Counted from the stretch's first letter, positions 1 to 13,710 are shown. The stretch: DNA of 64,000 nucleotides from Octopus vulgaris (GCA_951406725.2 OX597823.1:95294001-95358000), one strand, 5' to 3'. The notes: generated by a model from the letters alone, not told the origin. Numbers and translations are program-made.

Positions 1-990
1 GTATCCATGCTAAATAATATCGAACACTACGAACAAATCAAAGATCACATCCACCAAAAAAATAATGAAAAACCTCTCTTCACTAATTCAAATCCATGGA
101 AAAGACCTAACAGAAAAAGAAAGAGAGTACTTAAAAAACACTAAGTGTAAACCCAGCCTATTCTATGGTCTACCGAAAATTCACAAAAGCCAAACTATGA
201 ACGAAGCCATCAAACAATCATCAAAGGCATACATCAACACATGGAGACCTAAAATTACGGTCCGTTATAGCTGGAGCATGCTGTGAAATACATCGACTAA
301 ATTGCCTCATGAACATCCTCCTGAAACTATTTCTAAAACATATCAAGAGTCATATTAGAGATGACTTAGATGTGTTAAATCACCTACCAGAAAGGGTCGA
401 GGAGGAAACAATTATGGTATCATTCGATGCGATTAATTTATATACCAACACACCCCATAGTTATGGAATAGAAGCAATCCGTTTCTGGCTGGACAAATAT
501 CCAGAAGAAATACCAGAACGGATCAACAAAGATTTCATAATTGAATCAATAAAATTCATCCTACAAAATAACTATTTCATGTTTGACACTACTCTTTATC
601 GCCAAAAATCCGAATTTGCCATGGGGACAAGGGCAGCCTCGGTTATTGTCAATCTAACAATGGGCTATTTAGAAATAACAATATATCAGGAGTCGTTTTC
701 AAAATTTGGAAAGCATTAAGAAAAGTCGAACACAATAACTCGCCTACTCTAAAAATAAATTCCTTATGTATCCACATACAACCCCAGAAGCCACGAAGCA
801 TTTAACATTATTGACTAAAATCTCCCAATACTCCATAAGGATCCCAAACTGAAAGAAATTCTGCGTACGCATAAGATCATTAAAAGCAATAAACAACCAA
901 AGACATTAAACAAGATCCTCACAAATGCTAAATTATTCTCAAGAATAACGAACGCAAGAGTATAAAAAATGTGGTCGACCTAACTGTATA
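1..990 (+). mobile_element. Degenerate Penelope-like retroelement fragment (RT region, internally deleted)
   Basis: ORFs 65-286 and 309-719 (LFYGLPKIHKS, IRDDLD, FDAINLYTNTP, AMGT) align with the RT ORF at 53060. After about 720 the sequence jumps to the downstream PYVSTYNP and CGRPNC regions. Frameshifts and stops are present. Confidence 0.85.
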
Positions 991-2236
991 CAAAATTTCG
1001 CCCAAGAATTGAACTCGTTCCCCTGACACACCGTAGGCTATACTAGTAGTTTTTTTTATACAACGGCCTGCCTATCTTACTCCATGTTGCCGTATCGATA
1101 CGTCTGAACGGGTATCTAATTGCATTTTGGTCTGAAACCCATTTATTTCTACCAACACAAATTTTCGGTTTTGTCTGGTATAATTTACTTTTGTTGAGTA
1201 GACTTTCTTCTGTTTTACCATTTTCTTTGAGCGGCATTTCACTGTATATGTCCAATTTTACCACACTTAAAGCAGGTTTTATCTTTAAAGGGGCAATCTT
1301 TCCTCAAATGTCAATCTCCGCATCCATAGCACCGTTTTGAATTAAAATTTGTCCTTCTTTCTGTACTTTCTTTACACATTTGTACATTATTATTCTTGTC
1401 TTCTATCTTTCTTGTATCATCTCGAAGGTTTATTATTTGTTGGCATTCCTCAGCCACATCCTGCAAAGTGAGTTTCACATTTTGATTCAACTTTGATAAT
1501 ATTTTTTTTACTAATTTCCGCGTCTTCCGTTGCCACTAGCCCTTTAACGAATATTAGGCACTTGGACATATCTGGCGTTAATTCTTCCAGCTTAAACCTT
1601 TCGCAAGCCTTATTAAGCATACCGGCATATGTTACAAAATCATCGCACTCGTTTTTCTTTAAATTTAAACATTCCTATCGAATGTTAAACTGCGAACTTT
1701 TCTCGCTAAAAATATTAGTCAAAATGTTTATCGTTTCATCAAAACAAAATTCCGTGGGCTTTCTCGGCAAAATAAAGTTACAAAATCTTTCGTGTTCAGG
1801 AGTAGCAAGCGTTCGCAAAAGGAGTCTTATCTTCCTTTCACTAGACCATACCTTGCATTCCTCTTGGAATATGCCTTCGTATCGTCCGTAATATGCAGCA
1901 AAAGTAGTTCCTTGATCCAGATTGTAGTGAAATTCTTCGATGAAATTTGCAACACCATCTGCTGAAAATGATTCTGTCGTATTTCTCGACTGCAGTAACA
2001 ATTCTGTTAACTTCTGTAGTTGTTGCTGCTGCTCTTGTTTTGCAACTGTTTTCAGTAACTCTTCCATTTTGGTACTATTCGAAACCTCGTCGCCACTGTT
2101 ATATCGTCCGTTCGGATGACCTCTACTCAACTCATTTCTTTATTTGGCACCACGGCCACTAACACAGAGGGGGGACACTAACACAAGGACAGACACAGCA
2201 CCACAGTGGGGACATAAAACATGAAACGAATGAGGG
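991..2236 (-). mobile_element. Ty3/Gypsy LTR retrotransposon 5' fragment: partial LTR, PBS, gag and start of protease
   Basis: The minus strand reads ...ATAACA-G-TGGCGACGAGG, an LTR end followed by a tRNA primer-binding site. A gag-like ORF follows (1675-2130, EEFHYNLDQGTTFAAYYGRYE), then degenerate zinc knuckles (CYGCG..HLRKDC, CFKCGKIGH) and a QLDTRSD protease-like motif. Confidence 0.8.
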
Positions 2237-2669
2237 TGAATGTTATATAAAAATGGAAAAAATGAAATGGCTGCATGGGCCCCACTCTCATACAGTGCCA
2301 TTTGAACGTTTATACACACTATATTACAATCGTGCTATTTTGTCCATTGTTTTTTTTTATCATCTTTTTTTCCTCATTTTTCTTCGAAACACTTTTTCCT
2401 TTCTTTCTTTTTCTTTGAACAAAACAATTTTACTGACTCTTTTTATTTCATTTTAATACCTCATATAAGGCACTACGTCTCTGAGTTCAACTACTGGTGT
2501 CGTTCAGACGTGTTTTTTTGAGCTCGTGCGGTGAAGACGTTATGTATTTTGTGTGAAAAAATGAGAAAAGTTGTAAAAAAAGTCGCAGAGAGAACGAATC
2601 GCGCGAGGAGCTTGCTACTGCTTGCCGTTCTTTTTTTTTTTTCTCATTTTAGGTGAAAGAAAAGACGTT

Positions 2670-4354
2670 GTCCCTCCATCATGGATACCTATTCGAGGGT
2701 TGCTGCAACAAGAGGTATCGCGTCACTGGGTTTTTAAAAGAATGTTACAATTGATAAAGAAGAAATACAGAGATGTGAACAGTACGTGAGAAGGGAGGGA
2801 GAAAGCATCAAGCTGATCCCTCCAGCAGAAACAACAGAGGATAAGAACCTTAAAACGATTATATATAAAACTCAAGATATAAACACAAAGACAATAGTAT
2901 GGATGTCAGAAAAAGAAATTGAAAACTGTCTCGGAGATGTAATGTGGATCTTTTCACTTTGACCGGCAGATTTTTAAAATGATTTCTTTGTAATTAAACA
3001 CTTTTAAACTTCGTATACTGGTAGAATGTGTTACATAAAACATCTTTCTCTCTTGGCTTTCTTGAGAAAATTCTGTAGTTTGTAAGCTATTTCTTGTTAA
3101 ATTTCTTGCATTTCGGTAATTTCAATCAATCAACGGTTTTGTTATCCAGCTCTGCTTACGAGTGACCCCTCAGTTTATGGCCATACACGTGTATTTGTTT
3201 ACATTTGAAGAAGATCGGCACTTTCCATAAATTTTTTATTTTTTTATATATGTGGGGTTAGAGTTATGGTTAGGGTGGGGGGAAGGGTATCTTTTTTTCT
3301 CACAAATAGCAGTGACAAGCTGATATGACACCGCATTGACAAACAACCGCAGAAATTGTATTCACCTCAATAGACGTCACGAAAGCCAAGAGAAAAAGAT
3401 ATTTTATGTAACACATTCTACCAGTATACGAAGTTTAAAAGTGTTTAGTTACAAAGAAATTATTTTAAAAATCTGCCGGTCAAAGTGAAAAGATCCACAT
3501 TACATCTCCGAGACAGTTTTCAATTTCTTCTTCTGACATCCATACTATTGTCTTTGTGTTTATATCTTTGTGTTAAGATTCCAAGTATACCGCCGGAAAT
3601 AAAAACAGAATGGCTGGTTGCAGCGATTCTAGGGTCTACAAAAGACGAACTCGAACTGGGTCCAGTTACTGAAACCAATACGGTGAACTGACGGGGATTC
3701 GGAGTCGAAATGTGGTCTACAGCCACAACAGAAGACATAGAGAGAATCCTCTTCCAGATCGACGATAAACATTATTGTCGAAGGAAGGAGACCCAATTAT
3801 CTGTGCGGAACAAGAGGACATATAAGTACTGAGCGTCCATTATATGAATTTACACAAAGTAAAGAGACAACAGAAAAGGAACAAAAAGAGCAAAAGAAAG
3901 AACAGAGACAAGAGAAAGTTCAAACAGAAGAAAAAAGTTAGGAAAAGACAGTGAACTGAAAGAGGACAACAAGAAGAGAGAACTTGAAAAATCGAAAGAA
4001 GAGAGCAAAGGAGCTACCAGTCCCAAAAGTAGAAAAAGATCGAAGACGAGGGAAGACGCAGCGGAAAACACAGGTAACGATACGTTTAAATCTTATGGAG
4101 CGTTTGTAATATATAAAAGCTCCTATGAAATAGAAAAAAATAAGGATTCGAGAATGAAGGGAGTAACAAGAGTAAGGATGGGAACCAAGTATGACGGAGA
4201 TGAGATCGGTGTTCTAGTCCATGCGGCCAGTTACGCCAATTTCATCGAGGTCGCCAGAAAGAATATACTAGAAGACAGGAGGTGTCGGTTGATGGATCAC
4301 CCACCTCCCGTAATGGATTATGAGGAGCTGAAAAGAAAAACAGACTATCTCTGA
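2670..4354 (+). mobile_element. Disrupted ORF1-only L1/Tx1-like element (copy 1), interrupted by a MITE
   Basis: Fragments CEQYVRREGESIKLIPPAE..KTIIYKT, IPPEIKTEWLVAAI and IVEGRR..LCGTRGH are collinear with the 5491-6039 and 5152-5436 ORFs. A charged low-complexity tract and a C-terminal segment follow. No ORF2 is seen. Confidence 0.65.
2946..3496. mobile_element. MITE-like non-autonomous DNA element with about 115 bp terminal inverted repeats
   Basis: Starts GGATCTTTTCACTTTGACCGGCAG and ends CTGCCGGTCAAAGTGAAAAGATCC. A related sequence lies at about 56397-56850, and both have an internal GGTTAG-like tract. Confidence 0.75.
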
Positions 4355-4549
4355 AATTTATGGAAAAGCGGAAAACACTATGTTTGTGAAATTTATTTTT
4401 TTGTAAATTTTGCGAACTTCAGCTGTAATTGTGAGATTGTTATGTAATTTTGTAAAATTCAGTTGTAATCTTTGAGAAAATCAATTAAGGGAAAAGACTG
4501 AAAAAATGTAACCACTCCACTTCGGGGGTCGAGTGGGCATTGCGCCTCA

Positions 4550-6039
4550 TTATAATATCTTATCATAATTCATTCTTTTTTCTTCGTCTTTATTCATCCT
4601 CTTTTGTTATTTTATGTTCCCCGATTGTACCGTCCCCATCTATGTATAGTCATTTATGGATAATAAATAAACCTACTGGTGACAGTTCATCGAACTCCAC
4701 CAACACCCCGGGCGAGTCAATCTTGTTTCCGCACGTGTCCACTGGTCTATTGTATGGGTCTTTGTCGACCACAATGGCCTTTATATTTTCTGAGTATACA
4801 TCCGTAAGTAACTTCACTCTTATGATATGTTTAAATTTTAACAATTTTTCTTTCCACTTCTTTGTTTTTTGCGTGTGTTACGAAGTTCCATTCAATTTTT
4901 TCCTCTTCTTGGTTTTCTCTTTTCTACTTCTATTTCTGGTGCTTTTTCCTTTTCTGTCTCTCCTCTGAACAATCTCTCTATTTCACCCTCATACAGTTAC
5001 ACTCCTGAATCTTTCTCCGCCAAATCAACCGACGTCTTCAACACTGTTTCCTCCTTCTGTAACTCATTCTCGCACACTTTTCCAATTACTTTTTCACTTT
5101 CTATCTCCACCATCCTTTTGTCTGCCTTCCTTCAGGTCGCATCTTTCCTTTCTACCTCTTCTTTTTCTTTTTCTGGTTACCTGGCGGCGGGCTCCCTCTT
5201 CTACGTCTCCTTTTTCTTTCCACTACCGTGAATCCCTCTTCCGTTGTTTTTTCTTCCATCTCCACCTTTTCAACCTGTTCCGTACTTTCCTGTTTCTCCT
5301 TCTGTTCTCTCTGTGGGCACCTCGCCTTCATGTGGCCTTTCACCCCACATTCAAAACATACAAGCGGCCTGCCCTCTACATTCACTCTCAATCTCAAGTC
5401 ATCGGGTAGTACTATCTCCTCAGCAATCCGATTCAAATCTTCTATTGTTGCCTGGATAGTGAGCTCGATCCCATATCCCCAGTAATTGATTCAATTAGTC
5501 CTTGTGGCTTTCAGTATCTTGGTCCCATCCTTCATGTTGAACATTATGGCTGTCATGAGCCATGCCTCTTCTAGTTCTGGGGGTACTTTGCCTACTCGCA
5601 CTCTGGCCACACGTTTGCTACAGTACGACGGCAAAAGTACCCGCTCCTCCGATCTTATTGCCTCCGTAGCGTGCTTAATTGCAGCTTCCTCTATCGCAAA
5701 GCGCACCTCCACGGTGGTGCAGTTCCTTTCTCTTGTTATATAAGTCGTCAGTTTTTTAATACCTTTCAAAACCTCTTCGATTTCCTCCACTGTCGCAATC
5801 TCTATATTTCTCGTTGCTATTTTCATTGTTTTATATGTAACTGTTCGTCTCATTACACTGTTTGTCAGCTCTGCAGGTGGCGTCAACGTCAACGTCTCTC
5901 CATCCTTCTCCAGCAACTTTTCACATGCCTTCATTTTCCTTGGTTCCACCTTAATTTCAATTATCTCCAACGTTTTCTCTTCAGATCCTTTTCCAGTTGC
6001 GGCCGCATAACTGTAACCGCCCGCTGGCGTTTTCTCCAT
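4550..6039 (-). mobile_element. ORF1-only L1/Tx1-like element (copy 2) with RRM-like region and CCHC knuckle
   Basis: ORFs 5491-6039 (ARVRVGKVPPELEEAWL), 5152-5436 (VNVEGRPLVCFECGVKGHMKARC, CX2CX4HX4C) and 4650-4844. No endonuclease or RT follows. Confidence 0.7.
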
Positions 6040-6044
6040 TTTTC

Positions 6045-6231
6045 CCTCATTCGTTTCATGTTTTATGTCCCCACTGTGGTGCTGTGTCTGTCCTTGTGTT
6101 AGTGTCCCCCCTCTGTGTTAGTGGCCGTGGTGCCAAATAAAGAAATGAGTTGAGTAGAGGTCATCGGAACGGACGATATAACAGTGGCGACGAGGTTTCG
6201 AATAGTACCGAAATGGAAGAGTTACTGAAAA
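6045..6231 (+). repeat. Inverted copy of the Gypsy LTR end, PBS and gag start (partner of 2050-2236)
   Basis: Near-identical reverse complement of 2050-2236, including AACAGTGGCGACGAGG. Confidence 0.9.
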
Positions 6232-6474
6232 AATAAAACAACAACAATTTACAATATCAACAATCAAACAGCAATAAACGAACAATTATTTAACTCTCTA
6301 ACAAAAAACACTCCGTCATCAACGACTCAACTCTAAAAATAACGCTGTCAACTACTCTGATCTCTATTCAACTCCTCGACGTCTAGACTTCTCACTCTAT
6401 ATCTACGTATTGGGCTAGCCTACCTCATCGTCTGGGGGCGTCGACATAACATTAACTCTTGTTTTCTCGTGTTC

Positions 6475-6510
6475 CTTTCTGTTGAAGAGCGTAGGCTCGA
6501 AACTTAAAAG
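6475..6510 (+). ncRNA. Minimal hammerhead-like motif (CUGUUGA core variant) in a short repeat
   Basis: cttt CTGTTGA aGAGCgtagGCTC GAAA ct TA aaag. A sister copy lies at 48848-48882 (-). Confidence 0.55.
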
Positions 6511-6769
6511 ACTTTCTCACCTTCCCGAGCGTTAAACTAATACACATGTTTGTTGTTTAAACACATGTCTTCGTCTCTTGTCCTTTAGTAAATTCCAACT
6601 GTGTGTGCGCGCGCGCGCGTATTAAATTCAACTTACGTTGAAAATAAACAAAGTTTGCTTTAGAAGCGTTGAAATGTATTGAAAGATAAGGAAATAATTT
6701 TATTCACAAACGCATGGACAGGATAGCATGGACAGGATAAACTATCCATATTTTGCAGAAATCTGTCGG

Positions 6770-6840
6770 CGGCCAGCCATGAGACTCGAACTCACACACC
6801 TGTGATCACGCGTCTGGTGCATTACCATTAAGCTAAACTG
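6770..6840 (-). repeat. tRNA-like SINE head
   Basis: A-box-like TAGCTTAATGG and B-box GAGTTCGAGTC, but no clean cloverleaf. Confidence 0.45.
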
Positions 6841-7071
6841 AATCAACGAAAAATTCTTCTGCAAATTTAGGATTTATATATCTAGCTTTATAAGACGCTA
6901 CCGTACGTTAAATTCAAATTATGGATAGTTTTCTGTACACACGCACATCACTCTATTTTTACATCATTTTTATTCAGCTGCGGATTTCAAATGCGACTTT
7001 AGAGTTGGGTATTCTGTTCGTGGCACTTGTGTCAATTAACAAAAATATTAATAAAATGATATGCATACATA

Positions 7072-7459
7072 GGGAAGCACTCCGTCGGTTACGACGACGA
7101 GGGGTTCCGGTTGATCCGAATCAACGGAACAGCCTGCTCATGAAATTAACGTGTAAGTGGCTGAGCACTCCACAGATACGTGTACCCTTAACGTAGTTCT
7201 CGGGGATATTCAGCGCGACACAGAGAGTGACAAGGTCGACCCTTTGAAATACAGGTACAACAGAAACAGGAAGTAAGAGTGAGAGAAAGTTGTGGTGAAA
7301 GAGTACAGCAGGGATCACCACCATCCCCTGCCGGAGCCTCGTGGAGCTTTTAGGTGTTTTCGCTCAATAAACACTCACAACGCCCGGTCTGGGAATCGAA
7401 ACCGCGATCCTATGACCGCGAGTCCGCTGTCCTAACCACTGGGCCATTGCGCCTCCGCA
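7072..7459 (-). mobile_element. tRNA-derived SINE
   Basis: Head GGAGGCGCAATGGCCCAGTGGTTAGG...GGTTTCGATTCCC carries A and B boxes. The same head occurs at 38394. Confidence 0.8.
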
Positions 7460-7800
7460 TACATCGATACATACATACATATATACTACTAATATGGGAT
7501 AAATTTTTTTTCCAGAAAAAATTTCATCAAAAGTGGCACTATATTAAAATACCTTTAAAGGTTAAAATTATAAACAATTTAAAGACAAGGGCAAAAAAAA
7601 ATTATTTCTATGCCAAAATGCTGAGAACAGACTTTAAATCGTCAATTACCACATACCCACACACTCGTTTAACCTGTTACATTTTATTCTGTTTGTTCAT
7701 AACCTCTATATATATATGTGTGGGTGGGTGTTTATATGTGTATCTGTTTTTTTTTGTGTGTGTGTGTATATATATGCATGCCACCATGAATATGTGTGCA

Positions 7801-8690
<890 letters not shown>

Positions 8691-8829
8691 AAGTTGTTTA
8701 TGATTAAAACATCTGAAAGGGCTCCTTCTGATCGATGAGAACAGTCAAAGAATAAACGACAGAACATAATTGAACTTGCATTCAAATTTAAAAGTGAATA
8801 TTTATGGTATTTTATTGTTGTTTGCTTAC

Positions 8830-8984
8830 CAAAGACAACTGAGGGAATGTAGGATCCAGCACCACCAATAGCAGTGATAAAGCGTAACACATATATGGCA
8901 TAAATGTTGGAGATGAAGGCTATTGCTACTCCGGTTGACCCTTGCAAGAATAAACACACAATTATCACTCTCTTGCGGCCAAAT
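8830..8984 (-). CDS. SLC22: SLC22-like transporter gene B, coding exon 4 (155 nt)
   Basis: ttttcAG|A TTT GGC CGC AAG ... GTC TTT G|GTAAGC. It encodes (R)FGRKRVIIVCLFLQGSTGVAIAFISNIYAIYVLRFITAIGGAGSYIPSVVF and completes the MFS motif-A (GILSDRFGRK) with the previous exon. Confidence 0.92.
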
Positions 8985-9025
8985 CTGAAAAAGATCGAAA
9001 AGACAAACTTAAAATTCATCTGATT

Positions 9026-9080
<55 letters not shown>

Positions 9081-9082
<2 letters not shown>

Positions 9083-9500
9083 AGGTATGCTCAAAAGGTA
9101 TCCAAATCTAATGTTTTTTCCTCCAAATTTAATGTCACGTGGGCAAAATACTTTAGATGGTGGGTGACACTGCGCTTCGTGCGCCTGTAGGTTGCATCAA
9201 TTATTGGCTGTTATGCCTAAAGTACAGATATGTACTTCTCACTTGGATTTTCATGTTTGGCCAAAAGCTTGGTGGTACTCAAGCTCAAATCATCCAGAGA
9301 ATTCAACAAACCATTGGCAATATGGTACCATTGACAAAATTCAGATTAAGGAGTGGTATAACTGCTCCAAACATGGCTTCTACTGAGTGGTGGGTGAAGC
9401 ATGTGAAGGCAGGCCATCCACAAGCGGAAACGAGGCGGTGACTGAGAAGATTCGGCGAATAGTTATAGAAGGACATCATGTAACAATCCAGGAGATTACT
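9081..9500 (+). mobile_element. Mariner 5' fragment
   Basis: Mariner-like terminus directly after a (CA)n tract, followed by decayed HTH-region sequence (KLGGTQAQIIQRIQQ; QIKEWYN). Confidence 0.5.
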
Positions 9501-10754
9501 TATGAAGTAAGTTATCCATGAATTCCATAGAGTCTTTAAATCATCAGATCTTTTGTCCCCCATTTTCCCTTTTGTGAAATTACTTTGGTGAAGAGTTCTT
9601 TTATATTATTTGCTTATATTTTCATATGTTTTTTTATATTATTTTTACTTCACCTCTTTTTATTTCTTCTTGTTATTTTGCTTAAATTAAGGATGGGGAA
9701 TTCCTGAATTTCTTTCTAGCATTTGAACTTAATTGATATGAGGATATCCAAATGCGATGAACATTTTTTTCTATAATGATAGCAACACAATATATCTTCA
9801 CCTTGATATTTACTTCTATGGCCCAAATCCATGTAATTTCGTCCAATTCTGGCCTTAAGTACACTGTATATATAAAGAGTTGGCTTTATTGTGTATATTT
9901 AAAGTTCAACAGTTGATGTTCCGCTAATCAGATGAGCTAGCTTTCTTTATTTGCTTTAATTTGTGAAGAAACAGTTGTACTATATATTAGTGTTTATTAA
10001 TGTGTCTTTTACTTGTTTCAGTCTTTCGATTGTGGCCATGCTGGGGCACTGCCTTGAGGAATGTCTAGTCAAATGAAACGATCCCATTACTTTTTACTCA
10101 AGCCTGGTACTAATCTAATGGTATGTAGAAATTTATATACGTTTAGGTATTTCTCAGCCAGAATTTACCATCTACCTACATTCTTTTGTTAGAAACAAAA
10201 CGTTGAGGCACCCAATTACTAAGGACTTGAATACTGGACTTTGTACCTTTGACCTTTGCATTGTCAAATCCAATACATCCAATAATACCAAAAGCAACAA
10301 CAATACTCTCCCACCTTGTGCTGACCTAAGAAAAGAGAAACACCTACACACTTGTCTACAAATTTCTACCTGCATGAGTAAATTCTAAACAATAACATCG
10401 TCCAACATTTAATCAATAAAAATGTCTCCAAAACACCTCTCCATAATAACCAACCATAAAAACCTGATTACCACTCCACTCAAACTCACACACCAAAGGA
10501 AGATTCTAGCTCAGACTATATAAAGGCAAGACCAACTCTAATGAATTGCAGTCGGACTATGGCTTAGCTGGTCGAAACTTCGAAGTCACTGTCAATAACA
10601 TTCTTGCTTAAGAATAATAAATATTCATTTATATATATATACACAAACACACACAAACACATTCAACACACATTCAACACCACAAGTATATATTATATTA
10701 CACACACATACACACACAAACACACACACACACACACATACATACACACACACA

Positions 10755-10944
10755 GACGCAGGATTGGCTGTGTGGTAAGAAGCTTGTTCCCCAACCACAT
10801 AGCTCCGATTTAGACATTGGGTAAGTGTCTTTTAGTATACCCTCGGGCCGACACAGGCCTTGTGAGTGGATTTGGTAGACAGAAACTGAAAGAAACCTGC
10901 CACACACACATACACATATGTGCACGTATATATTTGTGTTTGTA

Positions 10945-10982
<38 letters not shown>

Positions 10983-11185
10983 TGTGTGTGTGTGTGTGTG
11001 TATGTGTGTCTGTGTGTGTGTGTGTTTGTGTTTGTCCCCCTCCATCGCTTGATAACCGTAGTGGTTCGGCAAAAGGAACCGATACAATAAGTACTAGATT
11101 TACAATAAATAAGTCCTGAGCTTCATTTGTTCGACTACAGGTGGTGCTCCAGCATGGCCGCAGTCAAGTGACTGGAAGAAGTATA
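10755..11185 (+). mobile_element. SINE with internal (CA)/(TG) microsatellite
   Basis: Head TGGCTGTGTGGTAAGAAGCTTG and tail GGTGCTCCAGCATGGCCGCAGTC. Related copies are at 14370-14830 (+), 24420-24850 (-), 46060-46560 (-), 56935-57095 (+) and 58390-58730 (+). Confidence 0.7.
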
Positions 11186-11849
11186 AGAATATGTGTGTGT
11201 ATGAACGTTTGTGTGTGTATATATATATAGTCTATACATGTATGTATATATATATATATGTATGTGTGTGTGTGCCTGTGTGCACGACGGTGTGTATGCA
11301 TGTGTGCATGTGTACCAATGTTTATATGTATTTATATATGTGCATATTTGAGTATGTATTTATTCTCTTGTTCCCAGATCTGACTTCTAATAGTAGCACC
11401 TGTTAAGGTCCCAGGTATGGTTTAATTTGCATGTAAATCACTGGGAATGATGGACCCCTATTTCTTGTCAGAACTTCCTCTTAGGCAAAGGTAAACTTGT
11501 ATAAAAAAGCATTGAAGTGCAGTTGGTTTCTGGTCATCTCAGCCTCTGTTGTGCCTCTGGTTTTATGGCTGTTTACTCAGAAAAGTGGCTCTTCTCAAAA
11601 CAAATCCATGCACAGGAACTTCTTGGACTCTCAGAACGTTTGCAAGGAAGTTTTGAACTTATGAAGTGGTCATGCTCGGTCATGAGTTAACATCCACAAC
11701 CATATATACATATACATGTACTACACAGAAACAGACCGACAGACAGACACACATACACACACAAAACATATATATATGAAATGTGCAAAAACGCAAAATA
11801 GAATGCAAACACTAAACACACCAGCATGCAGATACGACACGGAACTTAC

Positions 11850-11953
11850 CTGTCTGATAAAATTCCACAGCCGACCATGGCGAAAAAGTAGCCCATGAAG
11901 AAAAAGGTAATGGTGTGACTTGCCAGAATCGCTTTATCGCAAACGAGATTCAG
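11850..11953 (-). CDS. SLC22: SLC22-like transporter gene B, coding exon 3 (104 nt)
   Basis: catcgcAG|CTG AAT CTC GTT TGC GAT ... TCA GAC AG|GTAAGT. It encodes LNLVCDKAILASHTITFFFMGYFFAMVGCGILSDR, with the SLC22 NLVC motif. Phase 0 in and phase 2 out. Not in the ORF track. Confidence 0.92.
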
Positions 11954-12517
11954 CTGCGATGAGAAATATGAAAATTATTTAATGTATACAGTTTATAATT
12001 TTGATAATAATAAATGAGACTGAGTTTCAAACGGATCGTGTAATCGAACACCGTCGGCCGGATATTGTTATATTAAATAAGAGAGACAAATACAGTCAGA
12101 TCATTAACGTAGCCATAATAATGATAATAATAATAAACTGTGTTTTAATATTAAAATTGAAAAAAATTGACCTTGTTTTGTAAAATATTTTGGACCTGGG
12201 TTTGCACCCCCAGGCAAATTCCATTGCTGCAGTTATGTCACAGTTGGGAGTTAATCAAGAATCTTTTGTGTGGAGGGACTTTGTTTTAAAGATTGTTTTC
12301 AAGAATTAGTCTCAGAATCTATTCTGACCCAGGAGTTATATTGGAAAGATTATCAATAACCATTGCCAGAACACTTCACGCTATGGCGACAATGTCTTGG
12401 AATCACAATCAATATCCAGTCCCAACATACATTGCATCATAGAGATGTATTTTTGTAGAAAACTCTATCAATAAAACCCTAGAACATATTCCATTTTCTT
12501 CACTCTTTCACCCTCCA

Positions 12518-12725
12518 TATACCCATATATCATCGTGGATAAGATAGTGTCTATACCCAGATATCTCCCTGGATAAGATGGTGTCTATTCCCAGATATCT
12601 CCATGGATAAGATGGTGTCTGTACCCAGGTATCTCCCTGGATAAGATGGTGTCTATACTCAGGTATCTCCCTGGATAAGATGGTGTCTATATCCAGATAT
12701 CTCCCTGGATAAGATGGTATCTATC
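12518..12725. repeat. 34-bp minisatellite, about 6 units
   Basis: Unit TGGATAAGATGGTGTCTATACCCAGATATCTCCC starts at 12536, 12570, 12604, 12638, 12672 and 12706, with no spacers. Confidence 0.92.
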
Positions 12726-13710
12726 TTTGTCCTCGACCTTGTCAACCTTGGGTCTTGCAGGAATTATCCTAAACCCATTCTGCCAGTTGCCATGGTTCTC
12801 ATCAACTCCTTTGGTATTAGGCATAACCCTGTAATCTTCCATTTCCACTTTGATGGCAATTTATGACACCTTCAGGTCCCAACTGTCCCTTATTCTATGA
12901 TTTCTCTTGTTCAGGGCTGAATTGTTGACCTTGGTAATTGATGGGATTTTGAAGGATGGCAGAGCTTTCAGAGCTGTGTCAAAGTGTTCTCCTGATTGTT
13001 AATTAGTAATAAAGGGATTGGTGGTTCCAGACAATAAGAAATAGAATTTTTCAACCATCTTCCCTTTCTCTGCCATCATGGATCTTGATTTGGTGACTTG
13101 AAGGTCTTTCTTGGTAAGGTATGTCTTGCAATATTCACCAACTGTTTGGGACTAATGTCACCAATATTAGCTATAAAGACACTTACTGTGGGGGGACTGT
13201 CCAACAACTGATTTATATGAGGAGCTTCCTTATTTCACCTCAGTCTACTTGGTCACCGTATTTACGGCAAGAGCCAACAGGAGAACAAACTGATGCTTGT
13301 CTGGTGGTTTTGACTCTGAAGTGACCAGACGTCTCAAATTCCTGAAGAAATCAAAGATCAGGTGGACACATATTGATGGTGCTGTGTACATTCGGTTTTG
13401 CTTATACACACGACTGCAGACACATGCGCACATATGAATAGGATCTTATGACTGAATTGAAAATAGAATTTAGGTGCAATGTATATAACAAAGATCTTGG
13501 TAGAACATAACAACCTTAACCAATTTATGTACATTGATATCCAAGCCTAATTGTTTAAGCTCTCCTCATTGCATACTAAATATAAACACACAAATATTAC
13601 GTTCGTAATGTCCAACATTTGTGTTTCTGCATGTGACCGTGACATTTATTGTACTGGTGTGTGCATCTGATACTGAGCTTCTCACGATGGTTGAACTAAT
13701 TTAAATTTAG

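Noticed and set aside
1493-1891. Hydrophobic ORFs such as 1493-1891, 4540-5231, 5671-6102 and 54199-54609
   Set aside because: They are antisense shadows of A-rich transposon ORFs.
6770-6840. Genuine tRNA gene
   Set aside because: A and B boxes are present, but the acceptor and anticodon stems do not pair convincingly. A SINE head is more likely.
12518-12725. CRISPR-like array of 34-bp repeats
   Set aside because: The units are contiguous with no unique spacers, there are no cas genes, and the context is eukaryotic.
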